The notes under the pieces were generated by a model, which was given only the letters and a program-made list of their open reading frames with translations, searched no databases and was not told the origin of the DNA. Positions 25,111 to 39,500 of a DNA stretch of 64,000 bases are shown in pieces. A program made the translations under genes and the position numbers. How positions within the stretch are numbered: position 1 is the stretch's first letter; each line of letters opens with the position of its first letter. The stretch comes from Glaucostegus cemiculus (lineage: Eukaryota): the NCBI GenBank assembly GCA_976551045.1, contig CDPCPM010000076.1, forward strand, positions 26,226,001 to 26,290,000, in the 5' to 3' direction.

Positions 25111-26879
25111 AACTGCTCCTTTTTCAACAATTTATTTAGAATATTACTTAGCAGTTGTTTAAGGGTCTAAGAGGACAAATTGATATGAAGGAATGTGAGC
25201 AACTCAATAGGAAGGCTCAAATGATTACTGACAATGCTACTTGATTTCCCCTACATATTCTCATCCCACCACGTGTAAACTGCTGGAACATGGATGTTTT
25301 TTGTATAAATATGCACCAGCGAAACTTACCAAGCCATTCTCTGAACAGGACTTTCCAATATATTGTGCCCCAGACAAATGTTTGATATAGTAACGTTAGA
25401 ATTAACACTTATTTACATGTTTATGTTTGATTGGCTTTCACATGAGACTGAATTAAAGTTAATGTTCAAGTAATATAATAGTATAGTAATATAAGATGAA
25501 TGGAATTGCTTCCAGTTAACTTGGATTAACATTATCTTCCCATCCACCAAATCTACAAGATCTCCAAATCAACATTATTATTGACAAAATCTAATATTCT
25601 TCCTGTTTTTTAGCTTTATGATTTCAAGTAACACATAGATAAATTAAATGCAATTTCAAGGTTGACATAAATTCATATAAATAAATATTCTGAGCACTAC
25701 TGTTTGGCAAATTACATCATCAGTTCCGGATCATAGTCCTTTGTGAGACAATACAACTCATTGAATGGTCAGTTTAAATAGTCACTGGATTCAGACTTGA
25801 GTAATTTTTACTTCATCTGTCAGTGGTCTTAACCTTTATTTAATGGTTTCTACATGACTCTGCATCACCATTCCCTCATGACCAACAGGCTGTACCATTC
25901 TGCTGTGCTCCAAATTCGAAACACCATGCTTTATTGTTTTAGTAAATTGCTTTGCGATTTATTGCTGCCTGTGTTTTGTAATCCATAAAAGACTAAGATG
26001 CATGTGCAAATTTACACAGAGCAGTTGGCTGATTGATTCTGCCACTTGCCACATAAGCAGAGCTAGATATTTGTGCAAGTTTCTATATCTCATTGTCACC
26101 TAGCAGCTTCTTTACAGGAGATGGTTGGAAACAAATTGCATTAACAATCCAAAATTATTTCCAGGGGCACGGAATGGAGGATTTTTGCCAATTGCAGGAT
26201 GATCAAAGTATCTTCATTAACATAATTAATTTTATTACAACAAACAAAAACTTGTGAAGCTTTGAACTTGTGATAAGAGTAGTCAATTATATTTTTCCTT
26301 AATGAGTACCTTAATATGAAGTCAAAATATGAAGTTGAATAAACAGGTGAAAAGTATGACTGCAGTCTTTTCATGCATTAATATGGTGTTAACACTGATG
26401 GTTTGAATTTGTGCTACCTGGATAGTATTAACAAGTTAATGCACTTTAATAGCACCAAATTAATACAAGTTCTCTGGCACTCAAAGGGCACAATCAGTGA
26501 CTAAGAATGAGCTGTGTGTCAGTCAGGTGGTAAATCTGCAGCCAGGTTAATCTGTTGAGAATGCAGTTACATTATACAGGGATGAATAAAATCAGTGCTC
26601 TGATTGATCGAATAAAGCATACACAGATCTCATCAGTTCCGGGTAGTAACTTCATGAATTACTAGAACAGGATCCACACATCTAAATTACAATATTTAGA
26701 AGGCCACTCCTGATTAAAATATTTTTTTCTGATACAATCTGGATGTTTCCCTTCTATTATGGGTTGCTGAATCTGATGAAGAAGTGAGAGAATCTTAAAA
26801 TAGACTACTTGTGTTGGTTTTGGTTCTATTGCAACATTTTCCATCCTCTTTCAGTGGGCAAATCAAACATTATTTAGAT

Positions 26880-28600
26880 CTTTGAACCCATTGTCTTTTG
26901 AGGACATTCTCATTTCCAAATTATATAACTCATATTTTGCTTAACAGTAAAGGAAGTGAATTCACAACCATTTGAGAGAATACATTTATCAGTCCAAAAT
27001 TACTACCTCCTTTCCCTGAATGTTTTATTGAGATCATCTCTCAAATTCTACATCACAGTCTCGTCCTCTCAATCCTGGGGTAATCCACTCGTGCTGGAAA
27101 CCTGCAGTAAGCCCCCTTTATAACACTCTCTCAAATGCCGGTTAGTCCTTAGGTAAGGAGATCACAGTCCTTTGAATGTGGACTTACCCAATATAACTTA
27201 TCAAGACTTCTTCACTTTTATACTCCAATCCTTTTGTTATAAGTAATATATGAACCTCCTTCCATAATTGCTCCCTCTACCTACATTAACTTGCAGTGAT
27301 TTATGTGCATCACGTCCTTCTGAAATCCATGTTGCCCAGTTTCCCTCACTTTTATTTAAATCTGCTCTTCCATTTTTCTAGCAAGTTTTCTAGCAAGCTT
27401 TATATTTCTCAACATTATATTCCACCTGCCCACTTTTTATCCATTCACACAACGGGCCTCTATCCTTTTGTAGTTTCTTTACATTTTCCTTACAGCTTAT
27501 TTTCCCACCTAGCTTTGTACAGAAGCTTGAATGCATTATACTCAGTCCCCTCATCTGAGTAATTTATATGTATAATAATAACTTAGTCCAAGACAGCAAT
27601 CCATGCAGTACCACACCATTTACAATCTGTCAACAGAAATATGACCCAATTGTTCTGACTCTACTTTTTGTCAGTTAGCCAATCCTCAGTACATTTTAAA
27701 AAAGTAATCCCCAACCCAGAGTTTTGTTTAATAACCAGATCAAGCTTTTTTTTGGAAAATCCATTATTTTCTCCAATACTTTTTCTTTACTAATACTAAT
27801 TTATTTAGATTAACCTGTACTACTGGATCATTTGATTACTTCTATTTCCAAGACTGCTTATTTTGCCTTCTACTGTTAATGCCCTTGTTCCTCATTATAA
27901 TTTCTGCTGTTTGGCTCTTATTTATTTTGCTGGCTAAAATCTTTAAAACATTCTTAATATATTTGTCAAATGATTTTCCTTTTATTAATTCACATTGACT
28001 GTGCCTACATTTAAGATTTATTGTCATGTTGCAAATAATAGACCATAATATTTTTCCCGCTACTAATGCAAGGCTAAGTGGCCTGTGGTTCCATTTTCTT
28101 TTCTGAAATATACTGATCTACAGCAAAGTTTACCACTTTCCAATCTTCCAGGAAAATTTCAAAATCTAGGACAAGCTTCAAGATTAAACCCAATGCATCT
28201 ACTGTCAAGTGTTTTATCTCTTAGAATGTAGGCCATCAGGTCCATGCATTTTGTCGGCTTGTAGTCTCATTAATTTCTCGAAGACTGGTTCTTCACTAAC
28301 GTGATTCCCTCTATGGCACTAGATCATTTGACTGCTTCTATTTTCAAGACATTTTATTTTACCTTCTACCTACCATTTCCTTTTTCTTCATTATAATTTC
28401 TGCTGTCTTTCTCTTTAATAATTGATAATCCTTTTCTTTTTTTAGCAAACCTCTAGAAGCTTTTATAACTCTTCTTTTTTATAGTCTTGCTGGTTTGGTT
28501 TATTCTCATCCTTTTTTTCCTCTTTACTAATATCTTGGTCTTCAATTGCCAAATTCTGAAAATATTTTGGCAATCTTGTTAGCCAAGGGATTTTTATTTT
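26880..28600 (-). mobile_element. Old, heavily decayed CR1 LINE
   Basis: The minus strand of 28055-28095 reads NHRPLSLALVAGK, matching the CR1 NYRPVSLTSV.GK motif. Further CR1-like stretches lie at 27140-27700. Boundaries are approximate. Confidence 0.6.
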
Positions 28601-28734
28601 TTAGAGACTTGGTTATCAATTCTGAATTATTTTTTAATGGTGACAACTGCCAAATAAAGTGATCCTTAGTTCTGGGATAGCCATATTTCCTAATGACATA
28701 GATGGAGACCATTTGGCTTATCAAGTCTTTGTTG

Positions 28735-29010
28735 GCTTACTCATTGCGCCTCTAAATTTCCCTGTAACCTATTCTCCCACCATTGATTCACACCAAACTC
28801 TACTATCTACCAACACCAGGGGCAGTTTGTAATGGCTAATTAACGTACCGACCTGAATGTCTTTGGAATGTGGGAGGTAACCAGAGCACCCAGAGGAAAC
28901 CCATGCAGTCACAAGGAGAGTGTGCAAACTCCACACAGACAGGAGGTCAGGACTGAACCTAGGTCTCTGGAGCTGTGAGACAGCAGCTCAACCAGTTGCA
29001 TCACTGCGTC
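28735..29010 (-). mobile_element. V-SINE
   Basis: GTCTTTGGAATGTGGGAGGTAACCAGAGCACCCAGAGGAAACCCATGCAGTCACAAGGAGAGTGTGCAAACTCCACACAGAC is followed by a reverse tRNA head. Confidence 0.85.
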
Positions 29011-29604
29011 ATTGTGGATGGAAACGTCCAGATTGATATATCAGTTTCTAAATAGCCTTCCTTCATTAAAAACAAATAACAATATAAAAATGAGCTCCTG
29101 TTCTCCCAATAACTTTAAACTCTAAAGTATTTGCTCAAGAAAATTTGGAAATCTCTAATTTTACATAGTCAAAATATTAATTGATATTGATGCAGTGCTG
29201 ATATTGAGATGCTAGAATTATTGTTATTCCTAAAATAGCTCATAATTAACAAATGTAAAGGAAAACAACTTGTTAATTTGTATGTTATCCATTGAATTCT
29301 GATTATAATATGAAAATACTTTGCTGGGTTGATTATCTGAACTTCCTGTTTAGGAAAGTTTGTAAATAAGGAATTCCTGCAGAAGTTACTGTATTAAATC
29401 ACAGTCTCAGACTATTTACCCTCACATCATCTTCAAAGACCATATGATAAATTTAGATTCTTGTCCTTTGCAAATCCTTCCATGTTCACAAAACAATTTA
29501 TCTGTACTTTACACATGACCAATTTTGATTTAAAATAGAATATATTTCCTGTATTGTGACAGTAATGCAGTTTTGAAAATACTATTTTTTTTAAATTCAT
29601 CTTT

Positions 29605-29820
29605 TCGGGATATGGGTGCAGTCAGCATTTATTGCCCATCCATAACAGCCCTTGAGAATGTGGTAGTGAGCTGCCTTCTTGAGCTCCCAATGAAGGCACT
29701 CCTGCTTTTGTTGAATAAGGAGCTCCAGATTGTAGACTCAGTGCCATTAGTAAACAGCAATATAGTTCCATATTGGGAAGGTGTGCGACTAGGAGGGAAC
29801 TTGCAGGTGATGATGTTCTT
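29605..29820 (-). mobile_element. CR1/L2-group LINE 3' end
   Basis: CAGCATTTATTGCCCATCC...CCCTTGAGAATGTGGTAGTGAGCTGCCTTCTTGA is the reverse of the family at 33100-33585. Confidence 0.65.
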
Positions 29821-29959
29821 GTTATTATAAAGCTTTTTAGGATGTCCCAAAGTCATAGAAGGCAGTTTATGAATGGAGATGCATCAGCAGGTGCTGCCTC
29901 ATTGCTCTGATACCTTTACCGATCTTTCTCTCTTCCTGCAGAAGTGGATTTAGTCTTTG

Positions 29960-30442
29960 TAACTAATGGGAAACTCTTAACCCACGGTGACTGTTCTCCA
30001 GAACAAGGGCATCCCAAGCTCATCAGTTGAACTGCAGTGCGTAGATGGTACTTGCATTTGTGCACACATAAGGGCCAAGCTCTGAGCCATCATTTACTTG
30101 TTCTGAAGCATATATGATAATGGGCCTTGCACTCAACATCTGCAGGACCAACATCCTCTACCAATCTGGCCTTGCTGCACATTTATTCCTCTCTGACAAG
30201 GTTCATGGCAAGACCCTAGATAACATGAACCAATTCCCATACCTTGGGGGTGATTCCATGCAGAAGACCACACAGACGCCCACAGAAGGGAGTGCAGCAC
30301 CTCACAAACTACCCACCCACCTACCCCATCAGCCAGCTCCTGCTTTGTCTGTGGAAGAGTCTGCAGTTCCCACATTGATCTCATTAGTCACCAGAGTAGG
30401 AGCGAGTTATCCTTGATCGCAAAGGACTGCCTGTGAAGAAGA
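29960..30442 (+). mobile_element. RTE-clade LINE fragment, internally deleted
   Basis: Encodes MGLALNICRTNILYQ...KVHGKTLDNMNQFPYLG, RTE RT C-terminal motifs. The 3' end TCCTTGATCGCAAAGGACTGCCT..GAAGAAGA is shared with 56385-56420. Confidence 0.75.
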
Positions 30443-33099
30443 CCACAAATGGAGTTATTTCTTTTCTTATAAATATACAGTCACAGTTTATTACTCCCAT
30501 TTTACTTTTTGCCACTAAAACCTGATTTTACAATTTACTGTACATTGAACTGGTTCAGCAGCTAATGTTGGGCCCCTACTGTTTGGTACAGTGGTTTCCT
30601 CAGCTTCACTGACCTTGCCTGGTAATGCTGCCTGTGAACATGGCAACAGTTCATAAGATTCATGAAAAGTAAATCTGTCCACTGCCACTGGAACATGCAG
30701 AATGAGCTGGTTCATGTCCCTAAATGCGACGGATGACAACTCAATCTCCTGGTAAAGTCACAATATAATCTTCATCCTCAGGAAATTGAGTCCATAGCAC
30801 TGGGAAAGCAGAAAGACAAGATGAAGGTGAAAAAAATACAGTAGCTCCTGATCTACAGGTTTACTTGCCGGCACTCAATAGTAATGGAATCTTGTCAAGG
30901 AAAATCAAAATCACTAAGGCTTTTGCAGTGAGGTTGGGACTAAAGGTTGACATTTTAAAAGAGACTCACATGTATTATTCAACAAACCAGGAACCATGAT
31001 TGCAGAGCCAGCAAGGAAAGGTGGATGCAGATTAGGGCTGGTGATAATGCCTGGGTTGCAATTCATAGCAGAACCTTTTAAGATATGCACCTGAAATGAA
31101 TCACTTATTAGTTTCTGACAAAGCCCACATTTTCTTTATTTTAACTGCATAATATTGATGCTTTGATCCTTGTGTTAGTTTTATACAGCTTCCCTCACAA
31201 GATTCTACCTAATACACAAATTGATGCTGGTTACAGAAGAAAGAAAATGATTTCCTTTTTAAATATTATCTTGGTTCCAAATAACCTATATATATATTTA
31301 ATTCTTTAAATTGACCCAAAACTGAATAGTTTTCACAAGATCATTGGCAAAGAGACAGTGCAAGTTAAACCACATTTCTAATTTCTATTATGACTAACAA
31401 TACATATATATGTATACATTATATATAATTTACTCAAGGGTATAGACGATCCAGACCATGTACTACAAAAACAAATATCTTCTTCATTTTGTTTATCTTA
31501 CATTGGATCACTAATGGTAGCCTAAAAATAGTCCTTATGTTTATGCATGAATTTCTCCAACTATGACTCCATCCCCTCCAGAAAGAATATTTTTAAAAAA
31601 CTGAATTCTTATTGAAGGTGAAAGGATTTTTTAATATATAAACAGTATTACAGTGAAGAGTTTATCCATTGTGTGCTGCAAAAATTAGCATACAGGTGTT
31701 TGATATGTTGGCTTACCATTACATTAAATATTTGTATGTTGATCTTTGCATTGCATCATTTCAAAGTCAAAGAATCAATTTAGAAGATGATGGTACACAA
31801 AGTATAGTAAAGTGGTAAAATAAAAGGAGCCAAATCCCATTTATGTAGTGTTTAAATTAATCTTATATTCTATTTGTATTTTATTGATGAGGAATAACTG
31901 GGAAACTATGTACTATACTAATGCAACAAGGACTCATTTATAAAGAGGGTCATCTTATGCCAGGTCAAATTTCTGCTGTTCCACATTCAACAAAAACTGT
32001 TCCAGTTTTAATATTCTGCTGTTATGGTGCTTTATAACCCAAAGACTTAAGGTTGCACAAGATCAAAAAGGAGGTCAAGGAGGAATTGCTGAGATAGAAA
32101 GGAAAGAAAACTGTGTGCAGGTTCATGACTGAAGCTCTGTGATTTTAGTCTCCATTTCCACTCTTGCTGATGCAAATGTATTTTGTTTAATGACCCTGAA
32201 ATCCTGGTTGTAATTAGATGTGGGAATTGTTCATAGCTTACAACAGATGATGCTCTTATAATAAAATGAATGGTGCTAAAATGGGCCCTGTAAACAGGAG
32301 TCAGATTTAGATAATCTTATTTTGCTGCCATGGCAACAAACTTAAGAACTGCAATAGAAATAAACATACAAAGTTTCAATGCTGAGTTTAAGTAAATGTA
32401 AGCAAATGAATAAAAAAGATTTGATTTTCCATCACCAATGTGACACAAGTACTGCTTATTGGTTTCCAGCCAAGTCAGCACATATTGTATTCGTGCCCCT
32501 TATTAAAATGCTCAAAAGGATTTTGAATTTGCCCCATAAAATCTTGGTAGTAAATCCTATGTGATGTAGTAACACTTTAAATGTTTTCTTATCCTTTTTT
32601 GCCATGCCATTTATAGTAGAACATCATATAACCTTCTTAAAATATTTGCCTCATATTGTATGAAATGAGTTATCTTTTAATTCCAACAGAAATATTAAAA
32701 TAGTTAAGATAATTCCATAATTACACATTTACTAAACGAGGTTCTGCAGTGAAAAACAAAATCATTTTCACACTATCAAATGAGCAGCAAGCTTGACCTA
32801 ACCAGGTAGATATTTGTTTTAACTTATGTGCAACCTTGTGTTAGACCATATGGTAGCTCAGAAACAAGGCTTGAACTTTATTTCATTTAGGAATCACATG
32901 GAAGATTGTATTTGAGCTCCTTCATAACTTTTCTTTTCCCACTATTTATCATACCTTCGTGCTCCATCTATGGACACAAGCTTGCTGTCATTCCCATGCT
33001 CTCCATTCCTGATTAACATCAATAGAAAGGTGGAGAAAGTCCAAAAACATTTTGCTGCTTGAAACCATATTTGAGGCTTTATTTACAAACTCTGAGAAG

Positions 33100-33585
33100 A
33101 GGGAATCTAAACTCATGCTCAGATATTCAATGACACTACTGTCGCCAAATCCCACACAATCACTATTGTGCATGGTTATCATTGACTGGAAACTTAACTG
33201 GCACAGTTGGAAGAATATAGCAGCTGCTGGAGCAGCTCATAGGCTGATTATTCATGGTGGGTAACTTACCTCTTGGCCTTGCACTCTCCCCCCACCTGCC
33301 ACTCCAAAGCTATTCCACCTTCCAAACCCACACTCCCTGCTGCCTTGGAAATTAAGTACAGCAGGTGCATGAGAGCACCACTTCCCTGAAGTTCACTTTC
33401 CAAGTTACACACCACTTTGACTTGTAAATATGTCAGGTGCATCAGTGTTTCTTCAGCTGGGTCAACATCAGCACTGTTGCAGTACTTCCAACACACAGAC
33501 TGCAGTGACTCAAGACAACAGTTCACCACATTTCAAGGTCATTGATGGATATCCAATAGCCCTGGCCTTACCAATGATGCCCTAA
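33100..33585 (+). mobile_element. CR1/L2-group LINE 3' fragment
   Basis: Encodes VIIDWKLNW. The 3' part GACTGCAGTGACTCAAGACAACAGTTCACCAC...GATGGATATCCAATAGCCCTGGCCTTACCAATGATGCCC mirrors 29605-29820. Confidence 0.55.
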
Positions 33586-36500
33586 AGACAAATAACAAAG
33601 TTCCACATGCATTGCACTGTGGTCATTTCTTGGATGAAAAGGTGGCATCTTTTATTTTGATTTGAAAGCTACTGTTGCAACATATCCATACCAGCCCAAG
33701 AATGCCTTAACTCCCTCTACTAGATTAAAGAATTTGATACAATCTGTGCTGGGATCAACTATGCAAATAGATGCATACAATTTTCTGCATCAGACCAGTA
33801 TTCAGATACACCTCTCCTAGCAGCAGAGATGATTTGCAAAACAATACCCTTAGTTGTTAGTAACACAGGTAAATTGATGCCATCTATCAGAAGTGTTTAA
33901 CACAACTCTCCCCAAAAGAAAATACCTACCCTCAAGTTTCTACCTACAACTAGATTTTTAATGGGATTTTGACAGTCTTGTGTGCAGTGAAAGTCCATAT
34001 GTCACAATCATACTGCAGTATTATATAACAATGAATAGTCGTGGTGAATGCAGCAAGTCAGATTTCCCCTTGCACTGGAAACCCCTTATAATTTACAAGT
34101 GGAGTGCAATTTCAATCCATCAAAATCAGAAGTTTTTTTTTATTTATTTCCATGATAGATTAAGAAGTGTTGGAATTTTAGCACCACTGGCTATCACTTG
34201 TAACTAATCATCTTTTAAATGGGGCTCATTAAAAAGTAACATTTGAAGTAGAGTTGTCATTAATTAAAAGGGAATTTTTATTGCTAAGAAATTATATCAT
34301 GCACTGCTGTTTAACTCGGTGCCACTGATTAACACCGTACTCACCACTGAGTAAAATGGTGACCACCATTTCCTCCATCACCTGTAGCTTGGTGGGAAAG
34401 AAAACTGAGTATATGGCTAAGGACTTCAGTGACGTCAGTAGAGTCACTGTTCAGGGCAGTGTGCTCTGGACAAAGGTGAGATCCTGTTTCTGCAGTTCTT
34501 GTTGAGAATGGGCTAGAATATTATAGGAATATTATAGAAAGACTAAGAGATGAAAGCGAGAATAGAATGGGCATTGCAAAGGTGAGCAACAGGGTGCTGT
34601 GAGCCATACTTGTTGAATGAGCTGGGAGCCAAGATGAGAAGAAAACTGGTGCTGGTGTTGGGATTGTACTGTAAGCGTTCAATAACAATGTGCTTTTATA
34701 TCCATCTAAAATCAATGGTTGTCAATCATACATCACAGCAGCCTGGAATTTCAGTGGCAAAAATGAGTTTAAACTTTGTATTCAATGCTGAAATTCCCAG
34801 AATCGCACAGCCTGCAAAGAGAAAGCCTAAGAATGATGTTGGCTCTTAACAAGCTTTTCAATCTGTACATTTAAGACACTTTTCATTATTTTGCTTAGCC
34901 AGAGGGTAGGACAAATGATAACCCTATTTTAGAACAAGTACAACTGATAGTCTACATATCAATTTGCTTCTGTGAAAAGCAACAGTGTAACCATTCGTGC
35001 ATTTATTCCCTTTATTTGATCATGAAACTGTATATAGGACTACAGTGACTGCCGTATGTTAAGCATATTTTGCCCCCTCATAAATTTCAAATTGATTAAC
35101 AACACAAGGAAATGTAGTTTGACCTGGCTCTTTGATCAGACATGCAGAAAATATCCATAAACATGCTATATCAAAGGGGAAATGAGTCTTTTTGTCCCAA
35201 GGTTGTTTTTGTGTATGTATGATCAAAGTGGGCCCAGTAATTATTATCATGAACAAGCCACTTTATTGGAGAATTTGAAGGAATTTCATTTTTGCAATGT
35301 ATTTTGAATTTAATTGCTTTTTTCCTTCTATATAAGTCCTGATGAACAATTGTTTCTCTACAGACTTTCCCTTGCAGAATAGTGGTTCCTGTTGACCAGA
35401 CCCCTAAAGTGGCAGCAGTTACAAAATTTTTTTCAATAGCCCTCAGAGGGACTTTCAGTTGATGTGTCCTGTGTGAATTTGAGTGTAAAATTTTAATTCT
35501 TTTCAATCCATTTAATACCATGTTCAATCTTATGGTTTGAATTATATTCTGAGGAATCCCATGCATAGCTTCATCAGATGTACATAATCACGCTGCTGGT
35601 GTGGGAGGAATTTACAAAAGCTTCACCCATTTGCACATTGCAACTTTAGTAAGGCATCAAAACCTGTTGTTTACTCAATTCTTGTGGGGTTCTGCAAGCA
35701 AATTAGAGAAACTTTTTGGACATCCTCCCACAGTCTCTTTGCCCCTGCACCCTTCCAATCCTTTGAATGCAGGTGCTGAGTCTGTTCAAAGACCCATCCT
35801 TCATACTTTTCCCTCTCCATCTCTAAATTCTTCTAACTCAGCAAATCTCTGAGAATGAATGTAAGGGTAGTTAAAAGAGGAATATCTTTTTCTCCATTTG
35901 TCTCAACTTCAGTGACCATGCCTTTATTCAGTTAGGTCGATTTTAAGACCTTGCTGCGTTAAGCCTGAGTGGTAGCTCATGTAAAATGGCCATCCGACTT
36001 TAAAAGAAGTCAATCATGGTGAACTTCTGTGCCTCAGTATGAAGTTCATGCCCTTGAATGTTGGAAACCTCATGGACAGTCCCAACAGCAAAAGAACTGA
36101 AGCCTAGTTGGTTCATATAGCCCAGGAACTCAGATGCTTTGGCATTGCTATTATTGTTCTGAGTGAGACACAATAGGCAACAAGTGACCAACTTAAAGTA
36201 CAAGGCACTGGAAGGACAAACAATAAGAGGAATGCTATCTTCATAGCTTAACAATAAGAATGAACAACTTTCCTGTAGGATGTCAGTGTCTAATGACCCT
36301 CCAGCTCAAACTATGGCAAAATGGCATGTAATGCTCATCAGTACATATGCCACTTCCCCATTGCCCTGGAAGCTTTGGATGTGACTGAGGTAGACTTCTG
36401 TTATGAACTTGGCAAAAACTCTGTTCCGCATCCTTCTGAACAACTTCACTGCCAGGATGAGAGCAGACTAACAGTGAAGTTGCTTAGAAGGATCAACAGC

Positions 36501-39500
36501 CTCTGTCAGCAAGGAGGGAATAAGGAAAGACATCTCTAACAAAGTCCTCCTTTTAACAAAATGATTGAAGTATGGTCTTATCATAACCAACAGCCATTTT
36601 TTGTGGTGTAATAAGGCACAAGACTTCATGACAATATCTCTCATCCAGGCATTTCAGACCATATGTTGTGAAGTTGTTTCCACCCACATCAAGGGATTTT
36701 ACTATTACCCTGGTGCTAGTATTTGTATCAGGTATTCACAGATGAAGAATATTGTTCCATTTACACAAGAGAAGACCTTTTCATGCAATAGCTCTCCCTT
36801 TTTCTTATATCCTTGGTGTAACATTGTTAGAAAAAGTTTGGTGCTATTCAGTGCAAGGGGTTCAATTGGACATGACTGGATTTGAACCAAGGATCTAGAT
36901 TTTAAATCTTGATGTTTCCAATTCTGCTATCTCACTTATGGGGACATATTTCAATATTTAACATTTTTCATTGGAAGTGAACATAACTTTGAATTGGGTG
37001 GGGGTGGCAGGGTGGGGTAAGAGAAGACAGAGATACAGAAAGAAGACTTTGGTCTTTTAATGCCAATTTACTGAAACCACAATAATGCATTGCAATTCAT
37101 TGTGAGGCATAGCAGCTAATGGGATTCCTGTTGAAATTAGTGTGTTCTTTTGATTGTTGACCACTTATTTATTTTTTTAAATAAGGATCTTTTGTAATAA
37201 AACCAAAACAATACCAGATCACAACAAGGTACTTTTATTAGGAAAGTAAATACTTCAGATCTTCTAGTTCCATGTTTTCTCAATAATGTATTAGAAAAAC
37301 AATGAAACCTCAGCCACTGCTGGAATATCACATTGACAGAGTGCCTCATCTTCCGCAAGGAATCAAAACTCTGATTAAGGCTTCTTTGATGTCTCTTAGG
37401 ATGGCAGACTCCTTAGATCCAAGTCTGAAAGCTTTAACTTCCTTTCTTGTTGTAAAGAATTCATACACAAGATCAATAAGAAAGAGGTAACCTGAAAGCC
37501 ATCACAATAGTAGGAAAATGGTATTGCTTCTTATGTTAAAAAGGGAGGATAAATTGACAGACAACATAGATTATAGAAAATAATTTTACCTGTATATATC
37601 ATAACTATTGATTTGCTTCTAAAATTTGAGGGTACTGCTATTTATGAACAAGAGCTACAAGAAATTCATATAAGCTCATTATGCATCTGAGAATTTAACA
37701 AGTTGATTTAGTGAGATGTCATTGGTATTTGACATGGAGCATTTATGAACAGGAATATTACCAAGACTAGCTTCATTGGAGATGCAAATGTCATTGACAC
37801 TCAAGGGTAGAATAAGCAGACTCTTAACTTCAGGAGGCTCATGAATTAAGCAACAGCAGTTAAAATAATCCTAAAAGTCTCTCTGTTAAATAAATATTTT
37901 AATATAAGGCTACGAGTTCAAGGGTGCTAAAGCTCAATATTGCAATGCTTCCATTTCAGTGTAATCCATTTAAAATTTCCCTTCCACCCTAATGCATCCA
38001 ATTTTCTGAATGCCAGCTCCCCACACCTTTTCTACTTGCCCACAATTTCACAGGGTGTCACTATTTGTTAATAACAACATTTAGATGTGCCATAAATTAT
38101 CAGGGTTGCAGCCTCACCCACAGAAAACTAATAAAATGACCATCCAGTCATGGAGATGACTGCAATCCAAATTCTTGTTTAGCCTGCCTCAAGCGCTGGA
38201 GCTAACTTTCTCTGAAGCATTGGATTAACACCCCAGCTTCCTGCTCTTGGAGAGAAAAAAAGGTGTGCTTCCTCCTTTAAAAAAAACCAAAGCATCTTTG
38301 GGAGTAGAAAGGAAATAATGTGAGAATACACGGCATGGCAGGAATACAGAATGGGAAGTCTGTATTTGAAAAATAAGAAAAAAGGGATAACTGGAGAACA
38401 ACAAGTTACATAGAAAGGACAAAAGATGAGAAAGGGATGGAGTTAAGTAGAGGGGTTCCAATTGGAGGCAATTCGTCAAGGAAAACTAAAAGCAACAGAA
38501 AAATAGGAAGATCATGATTAGATTGCCAGACATACAGAGGTCACCACAGAAGAAAGCCAACCTTCTATTTTTTTACGACCCCACTCTTGCGACTTCAATA
38601 AGCTTTATTTGAGAACTGTCCTGCTTCCACCACAACATTTACTCTTCCTTGGCATAACATTGCTTGACATGCTCTGAATGTACTGCACATCACCTAGATT
38701 ATTATTTTAGTTCTCCTTTCAAGGTGTGTAAATATAATATGATAGTTGTTGGGTATTTTATTTTCCTGGTACAGCTCAAATGTCCAAATAATTTCATTGA
38801 TAATTTGGGTAATTAGCTAAATCATGGACTGTGGAATTTCTATAATTAAAAAAAGTACAGGCATCTGTTGGAGTTGCACCATATTGATGGATGTCGATGT
38901 ATCATACAGGGACATATTGACATCCATACAGGAATCATCTGATTGAAAATTCTTAACTAGCTTAACTAAGAATATTGTTAATATTGATTTAATATTTCAC
39001 CTTCATTATACTTTTACCTCTTGTGTGTAATTAGCAATAGCAAATTGTGTTTCTCATCTATTCTTCCACATCTCTGCAACTTTTACCAATGCTACAGAGC
39101 AGTGAATGTGAAGTGGAACTTTGTTCAAGCACATCTCCTGAAGGATTGTCTAAGTGGCTAACAACATATCTGCTTTGCTGATGCATTATAGATACAATAG
39201 ATAGGATGTGGATATATGAACCAGTAGGTATGAAAGGCTAACATGGTAGAATGATATAAGAGAGAAAACAAATCGCTATAATGTATCACATTCAAATCCA
39301 TTTCAAAGTAAAACACATGGAAAGCGGCAGAAATGTAAATATTTAAAATATTAGATTTAAGTAACAGAGAGAAGCATCTCAGCAGAATACCATATTCAGA
39401 TAATCACAGTGGAAAAAGAAAACTACTCAATGAATATTAAAATTAGAAATTTTGTGCATCTGAATGCAGAGCATCCTTGTAGTTTATAAACAATGCACGA